In this document: positions 1-7,936 of the stretch, piece after piece | Numbering within the stretch: position 1 is the first letter of the stretch | Layout of the letters: each line of letters begins with the position of its first letter | Assembly: GCA_965238065.1 (NCBI GenBank) | Contig: OZ250170.1 | Span: 1,118,422-1,150,421, forward strand | From: Nitrosopumilus sp. | Lineage (GTDB): Archaea > Thermoproteota > Nitrososphaeria > Nitrososphaerales > Nitrosopumilaceae | Length of the DNA: 32,000 nucleotides | Reading direction: 5' to 3' | The notes under the pieces: model-generated | Databases searched by the model: none | Told to the model about the DNA's origin: nothing | Seen by the model: only the letters and a program-made list of their open reading frames with translations | Program-made: the position numbers and the translations under genes

Positions 1-487
1 CTTCATATTTTCCAATGATACTCTCAAGTGAGATGAAGTATTCTTGGAAATCAGGGGTCTCAATTGGCTCTATCTCCAATCGTCTATTTCTTCTTGATTG
101 AGGGTTTGCAATCGTACCTATGAGATTCTGAAGTAATCCCAGCAAGTCATCCAGTGAAACAGGATATGTCGATTCATGTCTGAATGGAATGTCGATTAAT
201 TCAATGTCTACATCTGTCCTCTGATGCATTGGTTTTTTCTCCATTGCCGCTCTCTGCAATGCAAAAATGCTTTCGACTTTCATCCTATAGATTAATGATG
301 AGGATAATGCCGCCATTCCTGCAACTTTGAGATCCTTTTTACCTGTTTTTTCCAGAATTTTATTCAATAAATTTAGGATTTGAATCAGATCAATATCCCA
401 GACATCTTTTTTGACAACAGATGATGGGTTGAACAGAATGCTTACCGGATCTTGAGAGATGCTACTAGGAGTTTGCGATTCATCCAT
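1..487 (-). CDS. ScpA/kleisin-like segregation-condensation protein, N-terminal part (C-terminus lies beyond window start)
   Basis: Not in ORF track (edge-truncated). Reverse-strand ATG at 485-487 opens MDESQTPSSISQDPVSILFNPSSVVKKDVWDIDLIQILNLLNKILEKTGKKDLKVAGMAALSSSLIYRMKVESIF..., open to position 1. Resemblance to archaeal ScpA N-terminal domain is from recall only. Confidence 0.45.
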   Translation of the reverse strand, partial: MDESQTPSSISQDPVSILFNPSSVVKKDVWDIDLIQILNLLNKILEKTGKKDLKVAGMAALSSSLIYRMKVESIFALQRAAMEKKPMHQRTDVDIELIDIPFRHESTYPVSLDDLLGLLQNLIGTIANPQSRRNRRLEIEPIETPDFQEYFISLESIIGKYE

Positions 488-563
488 GTAATATCTCGGT
501 TCGCATTCAATAATATCTAATAACTCTATTTTTTTACCACTTCCAGTCAACTCTTATATTGTT

Positions 564-1658
564 ATGACAGAAAATCAGCTTGTGAAATCTGCTCAAATCA
601 CAGGCCCTAACGAGCCCCTTGCAGTATTGGAATCAGAGACTCCAAAACCCAAAGGGAATGAGGTTCTAGTCAAGGTAGAATCCGTGGGTGTCTGTCACAG
701 TGATTTGCACTTGTGGGAAGGCGGTTATGACCTTGGAGACGGGCAGTTTATGAAAGTTACAGATCGTGGTGTAAAATATCCTGTAACTCCCGGACACGAG
801 ATTGCAGGTACCGTTGAAGAGATTGGTGATGCTGTCTCTGGAATATCAAAAGGAGACAGGGTTTTAGTTTTTCCCTGGATAGGCTGTGGAGAGTGTCCCG
901 CATGCAGGGTGGAGAATGAGAACCTGTGTGATGCTCCAAGATCAATGGGTGTTTTTCAAGATGGCGGGTATTCTGATTATGCTTTGGTTCCAAATTCCAA
1001 ATATTTAGCAAAACTTGATGGCGTTGATCCCGACTCTGCTACATCACTTGCTTGTTCTGGACTTACCGCATACAATGCTGTCAAAAAGGCAAATGTAAAT
1101 TCGCCAGAATTTTTGTTGATAATCGGAGCCGGCGGTTTAGGATTGATGGCAATTCAACTTGCAAAGGCAATAACTAACGCCAAGATTATCTGCATTGATA
1201 ATGACGACAAAAAATTTGAAACTGCAAAAAAGATGGGTGCAGATTATGTTGTAAATACCAATGTAACTGGTTCTATATCTTCTGGAACTGGTAGTCCTGT
1301 AGAAAAAATAATATCCATTTGTAACGGTAAAGGGGCAGACAGTGTCATAGACTTTGTAAATGCGCCACAAACTGTAAAAACAGCACTGGCAGTTTTGCGA
1401 AAAAGGGGAAACCTGGTACTTGTAGGACTTTTTGGAGGCTCTCTGGAACTATCCCTTGTAACAATTCCGCTCAAATCACTAACCATTCAAGGTGCCTATA
1501 CTGGCAATTACAATGACATGGTTGAGCTAGTTGGCTTGGCAAAAAAAGGCGTAATAAAACCAGTCATATCAAAGAGATATGCTCTTGATGAGGCAAACAC
1601 TGCCTTAAAAGATCTCAAGGCGCGAAAAATTATTGGTCGTGCTGTGATAAACCCCTAG
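564..1658 (+). CDS. Zn-dependent alcohol dehydrogenase (MDR superfamily)
   Basis: 364-aa ORF with GVCHSDLH, GHEIAG, structural-zinc CGECPAC and Rossmann GAGGLG motifs. Confidence 0.9.
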   Translation: MTENQLVKSAQITGPNEPLAVLESETPKPKGNEVLVKVESVGVCHSDLHLWEGGYDLGDGQFMKVTDRGVKYPVTPGHEIAGTVEEIGDAVSGISKGDRVLVFPWIGCGECPACRVENENLCDAPRSMGVFQDGGYSDYALVPNSKYLAKLDGVDPDSATSLACSGLTAYNAVKKANVNSPEFLLIIGAGGLGLMAIQLAKAITNAKIICIDNDDKKFETAKKMGADYVVNTNVTGSISSGTGSPVEKIISICNGKGADSVIDFVNAPQTVKTALAVLRKRGNLVLVGLFGGSLELSLVTIPLKSLTIQGAYTGNYNDMVELVGLAKKGVIKPVISKRYALDEANTALKDLKARKIIGRAVINP

Positions 1659-1865
1659 CTTGGTTAATCATCACGCAAGTCTTTGAAGATAAAAACATCA
1701 AATATGGTCATTCCCATAATGAACTAGATATGACAGATCACACTTGACACCAGTTATTTTAACTGGATGCGTATTGTTGTTTAAATTTCAGCATGATTTT
1801 TTCAGATACCGTATTTTGAGTTTGTACGGTAGTATACAGCATGTGTTCAGGTTTTATTTCAATAT

Positions 1866-2017
1866 CAGATACAGTATTGAAGATGGTTGCAAGGTTTCTT
1901 GATTTTTGCAGATTCTAATTTGTATCCATTAATTAGACATACAATATCGAAGATGGTTGCATGGTTTCTTGATTTTAGCAGATTCTAATTTGTATCCATT
2001 AATTAGACATACAGTAC
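1866..2017. repeat. 70-bp tandem repeat, about 2.2 copies, intergenic
   Basis: Units start at 1879 and 1949 (GAAGATGGTTGCA[A/T]GGTTTCTTGATTTT..TTAATTAGACATACA). A partial third copy of the AGA[C/T]ATACA[G/A]TA junction is present. Confidence 0.85.
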
Positions 2018-2110
2018 AGAAAAAACCATCATCATATTTGCTGCCACATCACATGCCATTTCTGAATATCTGGATTTTGGATGTATGATTGTTTCATGCC
2101 AGTATAACCG

Positions 2111-2209
2111 ATCAGAGAACTCAGAGTAGTCACTTTTTCAACAATAGTCCTGTCTTGAGGAATAGGGACAGGTTGTAATCAGAAAACTCAGAGTAGTCAC
2201 TTTTTCAAC
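2111..2209. repeat. 32-bp direct repeat pair flanking a small hairpin
   Basis: ATCAGA[G/A]AACTCAGAGTAGTCACTTTTTCAAC at 2111-2142 and 2178-2209. Between them lies CCTGTC-N12-GACAGG. Confidence 0.85.
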
Positions 2210-2365
2210 TGTAAGATTTTGACAATATTTTATAGGGTAATCACTGTTGATTTGAATTTTAAATGAAAACATCATGTCTTTGATTTAACGCCGGGCCAGA
2301 AACGTTCCTAGTTTGAAAGTGCGGGAAATCCTATCAGTTATATGTTTACAATACCGATTATGTTC

Positions 2366-2677
2366 ATGGGTAAGCGTCAAGTGAAAAATGAAAGTGCACT
2401 AAAAGAGATTCGTCTTCCTGAAGAAGGTGAGCTTTTTGGGCGCGTATTGAAAATGCTTGGAGGTGAGAATGTCATGATAAAATGTGCCGATAATGTCACC
2501 AGACGTGGCAGGATTAGAGGGAAACTGAAGAGGCGAGTTTGGATTAGAGATAATGATATCGTGATTATTGCACCGTGGGATTTTAAACACGATGAACGTG
2601 GCGACATTGTTTGGAGATTCACACTTCCACAAGTGACATGGCTAAAGGAGCAAAATCACATCCCCAAAGATTTCTAG
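2366..2677 (+). CDS. eif1A: translation initiation factor aIF-1A
   Basis: S1-like OB-fold protein (LPEEGELFGRVLKMLGGENVMIKCADNVTRRGRIRGKLKRRVWIRDNDIVIIAPWDF). ORF opens at 2342, but ATG 2366 (MGKRQVK) gives the typical length. Confidence 0.9.
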   Translation: MGKRQVKNESALKEIRLPEEGELFGRVLKMLGGENVMIKCADNVTRRGRIRGKLKRRVWIRDNDIVIIAPWDFKHDERGDIVWRFTLPQVTWLKEQNHIPKDF

Positions 2678-2716
2678 CCTATATTGACTCTGCCTTGACC
2701 GCTCTTGATACCTTAC

Positions 2717-2724
2717 TTAATATA
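2717..2724 (+). promoter_or_regulatory. TATA-like box upstream of csp
   Basis: TTAATATA begins 31 nt upstream of ATG 2748. Spacing fits a leaderless or short-leader archaeal promoter. Confidence 0.4.
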
Positions 2725-2747
2725 GTGATAAATTATTTGAAGAGTAA

Positions 2748-2939
2748 ATGGAACAAGGTACCGTAAAGTGGTTCAACCGTACTAAGGGCTTTGGTTTTAT
2801 CGAAAGAGAAGGTGGAGACGATCTGTTTGTTCACAAATCAGATGTTGAAGGATTCATCAATGAAGGCGATAAGGTAGAGTTCGAAGTAGGTGAAGGTCAA
2901 AAAGGGCCAGCAGCTCAAAAAGTCAAGAAATTAGAATAG
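2748..2939 (+). CDS. csp: cold-shock domain protein (CspA-like)
   Basis: 63 aa. Contains [15 protein letters not shown] (RNP1-like) and DLFVH (RNP2-like) motifs. Confidence 0.9.
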   Translation: MEQGTVKWFNRTKGFGFIEREGGDDLFVHKSDVEGFINEGDKVEFEVGEGQKGPAAQKVKKLE

Positions 2940-2947
2940 ACAATAAA

Positions 2948-2980
2948 TTTTTTAATTTAAGACGTCATCTATGTTTTTTT
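2948..2980 (+). terminator. oligo-T tracts downstream of csp
   Basis: T6 at 2948-2953 and T7 at 2974-2980. Archaeal termination commonly uses oligo-T. Confidence 0.4.
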
Positions 2981-3040
2981 AATTTAATCTATCATTTCAT
3001 TATCGTATGTATCAACCTCTATGCCTAAATCCAATAGAGT

Positions 3041-4436
3041 GGAAAGTAACTCAGATTACACATTCGGAAATATTTATCTTGGTTATTTCGAAAATAGTCT
3101 ATAACCATTTTTACAAAGAAACATGTGAGAATTTCAATTGATATTATCGGTTTGTAATTTTCCACACCTGACTCTGCTGAGATGGTTAAATTTGCAATAG
3201 TCCATGCGTTATACAAAACCATCGAATAGTAAAAATATAACAGTCTTGTGGATTGGTTTGGACTGGCAGTTCTTGGCCTGAATCTTTCAACACATGCATA
3301 ACCAGTTTCAATTCCTCAACGCATTTTTTAGTCTGCTGGAATGTTTTGTATGTTCTGTGAGATATCGCTTGGTGAAATGTTTGTTGCAAATGTATTGTAC
3401 TGGTTAATGATACCTGATTTTTTTGTATTTTTGTTTGGCAGAATCACAAGAGTAAATATCAGCATGTCCAGATGCTGATTTTATCGTGTATTTTGAAATT
3501 GATTCTCTTTCTCCATTGACGTACTGTACTATTGCCTTTTTAATCCCTAGTGTCTTTTTTGCAGGCATGTGAATTTTAGATTCATTCGTTTTATCACTGA
3601 AATTACTCCAGCAGTGAAAAACTCCCTGTCCACAGCACGAGGCTGATCTTGATGTTATTATTGATGCCATCTGATAGTAATTTACGCACAAAATCGGCAT
3701 TTGATTTGTTGTTATACGGTGTATAACAGCCTAATTGAGCCCTTGATTCTTTAGAGTACACATTGCATGGTGCAGTAGGCCTCAAAGAGATTGGTGCTAC
3801 TCTTGGATTTTGAATTGATCAGAAGAGGGTTTGTTGATTTGTTATATCGTGGTGTGAGGTGCTGTCAATTGCAACTATAACTGGTTGTTCAATACCCTCA
3901 TTTCTCTTAATTTTGATATGGTGCTATCCAATGATTGATGCAGTTTGAGTAGCATTGTTTTTTGCAATATCTTCCCAATACACTTTCTTAGCCATGAACC
4001 AGTTGGTGAACGATGTACTGATTCCATTGCCAGTTTTTTTAATCCTGATTCTGCACGAGTTTCCAATGCACAAGGACATTATGCAATTGTGTACATTAGC
4101 ACTGAAATCATGAGTTGGCTTTGGTAGAACATGGAAATGACAATATACGTAACTGTCTACAGTTTTGGAGTATTACGCACAAGATATGTCAAAACTGGTT
4201 ATTTTTTTGACACAAGCACGAAGCAACTTCAAAACTCTAGACAATCACCAATATACTGTTACATCATTTTAGAGATAATTCCAAATGCTTGTGATAATAT
4301 CACTCCTTGGTGTGTAAAGTCAGCAAACGACGTACGTCTCATGTTTGATAAATAACATACCAGTATCTAGCTTTTTCTATTTGAATGGTTTGATTCAGAT
4401 CTTAAAAAATTTCAGAGTAAATTTGAGTTACTTTCC
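3041..4436 (-). mobile_element. degraded IS (DDE-transposase-like wreck), family unassigned
   Basis: Imperfect TIRs: GGAAAGTAACTCAGATTAC (3041->) and GGAAAGTAACTCAAATTTAC (rc of ->4436). Only short broken minus-strand ORFs, with pieces such as EQPVIVAIDSTS. Carries a nested MITE-B. Confidence 0.45.
4149..4248 (+). repeat. MITE-B (100 bp) with 8-bp TSD CAATATAC
   Basis: TIRs are GTAACTGTCTACAGTTTT.. and ..AAAACTCTAGACAATCAC. CAATATAC occurs at 4141-4148 and 4249-4256. Confidence 0.85.
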
Positions 4437-4544
4437 CATCTGCTGAAATCCGCTAGAATGGTTGGACGTTATAGAGGCATAAAACATGTTCTTTGCTGAT
4501 TCATGCCATTATTTTTAAAATCAATTTTAACTCCTGAGAATTTG

Positions 4545-4671
4545 TGGTCCCAAGCGAAGGAATTGAACCTTCGACAACCCGGTTTCTGTATGCCTGATAT
4601 GCTGTTATTTGGTCAGCCATCTAAAGCCAACAACTACAGCCGGAAGCTCTACCAGGCTGAGCTAGCTTGGG
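4545..4671 (-). tRNA. tRNA-Tyr (GTA) with ~50-nt intron after position 37, CCA encoded
   Basis: Reverse strand reads CCCAAGC-TA-GCTC-AGCCTGGTA-GAGC-T-TCCGG-CT-GTA-G-[50 nt]-A-CCGGG-TTGTC-GAAGG-TTCAATT-CCTTC-GCTTGGG-A-CCA. All four stems pair. Confidence 0.8.
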
Positions 4672-4841
4672 ACAAAAAAACGAAGAATCGTACTATTAAA
4701 AAAACTATCGCAGAGGGCTTGCCAGGTGTGATTGTTTGTAGAATATACGCATAAATACTCTTTAAAGATTTTAAAAACTGGATGTCAGAACTAGCGTTAT
4801 CCTATTCAGGTTATGTTTGCGCTCCGTATTTGCACACGCAC

Positions 4842-5393
4842 ATGTCCACTAGTCTTAAAGAGACTTTGATCAATTCAAAAAACATTGAAAACCTATTTTT
4901 TGTTACCGGTACATTTTCTAGTGAAAGCAAGCCTTACTTTGCCGATTCCACCAACCACTATCTTCTAGCCAAGTTCAGTGATAGTGAACGGACATTAAAA
5001 GATCTTGCCATATTTAATCAGGAAAAGACTGCTTTTGTGTTTAAAATAAAAGACGATCTCTTCAAGAGAGAGGTTCAAGGTGAGACTAACTTTGTTTCCA
5101 TATATTACCTAGAGTTTGGTGAGGGTGATGAAGACCTGCAAGAGATCGCAAACCTCTTGCTAAAAAGAGAGAAAATTGAAAAAGCAGGATTTGGAAGTAT
5201 GAATACGCTTTGCCTCAATCCTTCAAAATTCACATTTCCGTATTCGGAGAGCATTGTAGTCATTGAAGTTGCAAGTGAAAAGAGTCATCAGAGTGTAAAG
5301 AAATACTGTGAGCAAACACGACGTGATGTCAACAGAAAAGGATTGACGATGACCAATTTGATGAGTCTCGCACTTCTTGATCAGTTAAAGTAG
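4842..5393 (+). CDS. hypothetical protein
   Basis: 203-aa ORF from 4782; ATG 4842 (MSTSLKE) is an alternative start. No motif I recognise. Codon usage resembles neighbouring genes. Confidence 0.55.
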   Translation: MSTSLKETLINSKNIENLFFVTGTFSSESKPYFADSTNHYLLAKFSDSERTLKDLAIFNQEKTAFVFKIKDDLFKREVQGETNFVSIYYLEFGEGDEDLQEIANLLLKREKIEKAGFGSMNTLCLNPSKFTFPYSESIVVIEVASEKSHQSVKKYCEQTRRDVNRKGLTMTNLMSLALLDQLK

Positions 5394-5459
5394 AAAAGTT
5401 AGGTTTCTACTTGCCAGACAAGTATACTAACACCGGGGATTGATTAACTGATAAATAAT

Positions 5460-5518
5460 CAGTAGACAGGAGAGTGCAGTACTTGGTGGAATTGCATAAC
5501 CTCGATCTAGCTTTTTCT
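5460..5518 (+). repeat. MITE-E, first ~59 nt only
   Basis: CAGTAGACAGGAGAGTGCAGTACTTGGTGGAATTGCATAACCTCGATCTAGCTTTTTCT aligns with the left half of full MITE-E at 15589-15707. Confidence 0.65.
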
Positions 5519-5592
5519 GTATGCATCAATCTCTCCATCCAAATCAACTGGAATAGATATAGACGTTATAGGCATAAAACGTGCTATTTGCT
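5519..5592 (+). repeat. MITE-A variant (A'), truncated at the IS110 insertion point
   Basis: GTATGCATCAATCTCTCCATCCAAATCAACTGGAATAGATATAGACGTTATAGGCATAAAACGTGCTATTTGCT, followed directly by the IS110 left end AACTATGTGTGAAG. Confidence 0.7.
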
Positions 5593-6171
5593 AACTATGT
5601 GTGAAGAAAAAGGCAAGGAATTCAGATAGCATAAAGAATGAATCGGGTAGATCAAAGATCCATAAATCGCCTTCAAAGAGAACAATTCCAAAGAAACAGA
5701 TTAGGGATAAACCAGAAAATATCATGTATGTTGGAATTGTTCTGCACAAGAAATTTCATAAAGTGGCAGTCATGAACAACAAGGGAAAGATAACACGGAA
5801 TGAAAAAATAGAAAATACACAACAGGCAATCAGACAAGTGCTCTCAAAGATACCACTTTCTGCCAGTGTCGTCATGGAATCATCATCAGTTTGGTATAGA
5901 GTGTACAGATTCATAACAGATGCACTGGGATACAAGGTAGTGTTGTCAAATCCTTATCTTACAAAGGCAATTATTCCATCAAAGAAAAAGACAGACAAGA
6001 TTGATGCAGGGGTACTGGCAGATCTCTTACGTGGAGGATATATTGCAACATGTTTGTTCAGAGTGATAAAATTGTAAAGGAACGTCAGCTTGTACGGCAT
6101 AGAAGAAAGTTGATCCAATGGAGGACATCTGCAAAGAACTGTATTCATGGTATTCTGTTACAAAATGGAAT
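5593..6171 (+). pseudogene. IS110-family element, 5' 579 bp only; transposase frameshifted and truncated
   Basis: Near-identical to 11181-11759. ORFs 5601-6077 and 6050-6268 are joined by an indel near 6050. The catalytic GIDLH motif reads GIVLH. Homology ends at 6171. Confidence 0.85.
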
Positions 6172-6317
6172 CGCTCTTAATGTCAAGTTTTGTTGCTCAC
6201 TTTGTAGCTGTTTTTCAAACGAAAAAATCAACATGATGAGCCATACTAGTTTTTGTGAATGTCTTTGAATTACTAGCAATAATACTTGACGAGGCAAGGC
6301 ATGTGCAAGCCTGTTCA

Positions 6318-6624
6318 GGAATAAAAGATGGAATGGGAACATTTCATGTCCACACTGCAAATCAAATGACATAAAAAAATATGGAAAATATGCGATTCAT
6401 CTTTAGAGGTATTTCTGTTACAGCTGCAACCACACATTCAACGACAAGGCCAGGACTATATTTCATTACTCTCACATGTCTCTATCCCAGTGGTTTTTTT
6501 TTATCTGGATGTACTGCATTGTCTCACCAGTATCTGGAATATCAGTCAGGGAGATTAGTAAAAAGATGGGGGGTGCAGTACAAGACATGCTATTACATGG
6601 CTCGCAAGGTTATGCAAAAGATTA
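6318..6624 (+). pseudogene. IS1595-family transposase N-terminal fragment (Zn-ribbon + HTH region)
   Basis: Reads RWNGNISCPHCKSNDIKKYGKYAIHL*RYFCYSCNHTFNDKARTIFHYSHMSLSQWFF.., then GVQYKTCYYMARKVMQKI after a frameshift at a G-run. In-frame stop present. Confidence 0.55.
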
Positions 6625-6684
6625 GTAAGAGTTTAGGTTGAGCGCAAATTTTAGATGTTCTAGTCAGGGGACCTAAACTCTTAC
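6625..6684. repeat. MITE-C (60 bp)
   Basis: GTAAGAGTTTAGGT...ACCTAAACTCTTAC with 14-bp perfect TIRs. No TSD here; the right flank is a MITE-D fragment. Confidence 0.8.
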
Positions 6685-6829
6685 CATAAAATTACACAAA
6701 ATATCGAATGTTGAAAAAAAATCATCCTAATTACGCAAAAGGTCTATTACCATCATATCAAATGTGAACAAGTTGATGCGCACAAGTCGATTGTTGTTTG
6801 TTATTTTGGTCAATTACGCATAAACTCTA
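6685..6829. repeat. MITE-D, right ~145 bp
   Basis: Aligns with 18659-18803 and ends in GTCAATTACGCATAAACTCTA. Confidence 0.7.
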
Positions 6830-6925
6830 CTATACAATACTGTCTTGTGTATACGGCCCAGAGTTTTTTAACCCAACAAGTAGAGATTTTCATCGCTTCT
6901 GCTTTCTCTTTTGTGGTGATTTTCG

Positions 6926-7174
6926 TAACTGTCTACAGTTTTGAAGTTGCTTTGTGTTTGTGTCAAAAAAATAACCTGTTTGGATAATTGTCTAGAGTTT
7001 TGAAGTTCCTTCGTGTTTGTGTCAAAAAAATAACCTGTTTTGACATATCTTGTGCGGTATGTATCAACCCCTGCGCCTAAATCCGCTAGAATAGTCAAGA
7101 TGCTATAGGCATAAAACATGTTCTTTGCTTGATTCATACCTTGTGCGTAATACTTCAAAACTGTAAACAGTTAC
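6926..7174 (-). repeat. MITE-B '1.5-mer' (57-bp partial copy + full copy) carrying a nested MITE-A
   Basis: A partial copy (6926-~6982) is followed by a full reverse-oriented copy ending ..CTGTAAACAGTTAC at 7174. The full copy is interrupted at 7057-7139. Confidence 0.75.
7057..7139 (+). repeat. MITE-A (83 bp) with perfect 8-bp TSD CTTGTGCG
   Basis: GTATGTATCAACC...TTGATTCATAC. CTTGTGCG occurs at 7049-7056 and 7140-7147. Removing the element and one TSD restores the MITE-B sequence. Confidence 0.9.
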
Positions 7175-7384
7175 AAAATTATTCATTTTACTTTAGATTC
7201 TAGTTTTTTCATCACTCGCAATCTACGTTTGTTTATATCCCTCCATACTCTGTTCATATTTGCAACCCCACACACACCATATCATTACCAGTGAGATTCT
7301 TGCACAATATCCTAGTGGCTTTGCGTGTTTGAAGGAGTGAATTACATTCTGGACAATACAATACTCTGATACTATGTGTAAACG

Positions 7385-7392
7385 TTAAATAT
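7385..7392 (+). promoter_or_regulatory. TATA-like box upstream of aIF-5A
   Basis: TTAAATAT begins 29 nt upstream of ATG 7414. Confidence 0.4.
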
Positions 7393-7413
7393 TCAACATT
7401 AAACTGATTTTGC

Positions 7414-7824
7414 ATGAGCAAACCATCAGATCTAGGTTCTTTGAAGATTGGTTCCTACATTTTATTGCCGCATTCTGATCAACCAAGCGGAGAGCCATGC
7501 AGAATTGTCGAATATGATACATCAAAACCAGGAAAACACGGTTCGGCAAAAGCAAGAATTGTAGGTCAGGGAATTTTTGACGGTCAAAAGAGACCCCATG
7601 TAGGACCTGTCAGCATGCAGATTCACATTCCATTGATTAACAAAAAAGTAGGTCAAATTATTTCAATTAACGGTGAAACCGTACAAGTAATGGATTCTGA
7701 GACATTTGAGACAATTGATGTAAGTATGATTGATGACGAGGTCAAGGGAAAATTGGAGAACGGGCAAAACGTAGAGTACTGGGTCGTCATGGATAAAACT
7801 AAAATCATGCGCATCAAGAACTGA
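7414..7824 (+). CDS. eif5A: translation initiation factor aIF-5A
   Basis: 136 aa. Hypusine-site motif SKPGKHGSAKA is present. Confidence 0.92.
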   Translation: MSKPSDLGSLKIGSYILLPHSDQPSGEPCRIVEYDTSKPGKHGSAKARIVGQGIFDGQKRPHVGPVSMQIHIPLINKKVGQIISINGETVQVMDSETFETIDVSMIDDEVKGKLENGQNVEYWVVMDKTKIMRIKN

Positions 7825-7828
7825 TGTG

Positions 7829-7891
7829 GATGCTGATGATGAGTGGAAAAGCCGTCTGAATTTTGATGAGGATTATGAGTAATGAGGCATC
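7829..7891 (+). ncRNA. candidate C/D-box sRNA
   Basis: GATGC-TG-ATGATGA (C, 7836-7842)-13 nt-CTGA (D', 7856-7859)-ATTT-TGATGA (C', 7864-7869)-12 nt-ATGA (D-like, 7882-7885)-G-GCATC. The 5-bp terminal stem is 7829-7833/7887-7891. Confidence 0.45.
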
Positions 7892-7936
7892 TATCTTCAA
7901 CAAATTTCCAAAGTTTGTCGGATTGAATATTGAACT

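Larger units (their letters stand above)
3005..4506 (+). repeat. MITE-A copy split by a 1.4-kb IS (halves 3005-3040 and 4441-4506)
   Basis: Left half is GTATGTATCAACCTCTATGCCTAAATCC... Right half is ...AAATCCGCTAGAATGGTTGGACGTTATAGAGGCATAAAACATGTTCTTTGCTGATTCATGC. Together they match the 83-bp MITE-A consensus. Confidence 0.7.

Noticed and set aside
4131-4355. Track ORFs 4131-4355, 6868-7158 and 24302-24538 sharing peptides such as RTRYVKTGYFFDT
   Set aside because: The shared segments are translations of MITE-B copies in different contexts, not a protein family.
4503-4754. 83-aa plus-strand ORF
   Set aside because: It is antisense to, and fully covers, the tRNA-Tyr gene. Its composition is driven by the tRNA sequence.
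7175-7413. Minus-strand Cys-rich reading frame (YCPECNSLLQ.. / YCIVQNV..CVWGCKYEQ) resembling a small zinc-ribbon protein
   Set aside because: There is no usable start codon, and the CxxC pairs fall in different frames. The stretch TTCTGGACAATACAATA is shared with the N-terminal region of the IS66-type wreck at 17965-17981. It is probably a mobile-element fragment rather than a gene.
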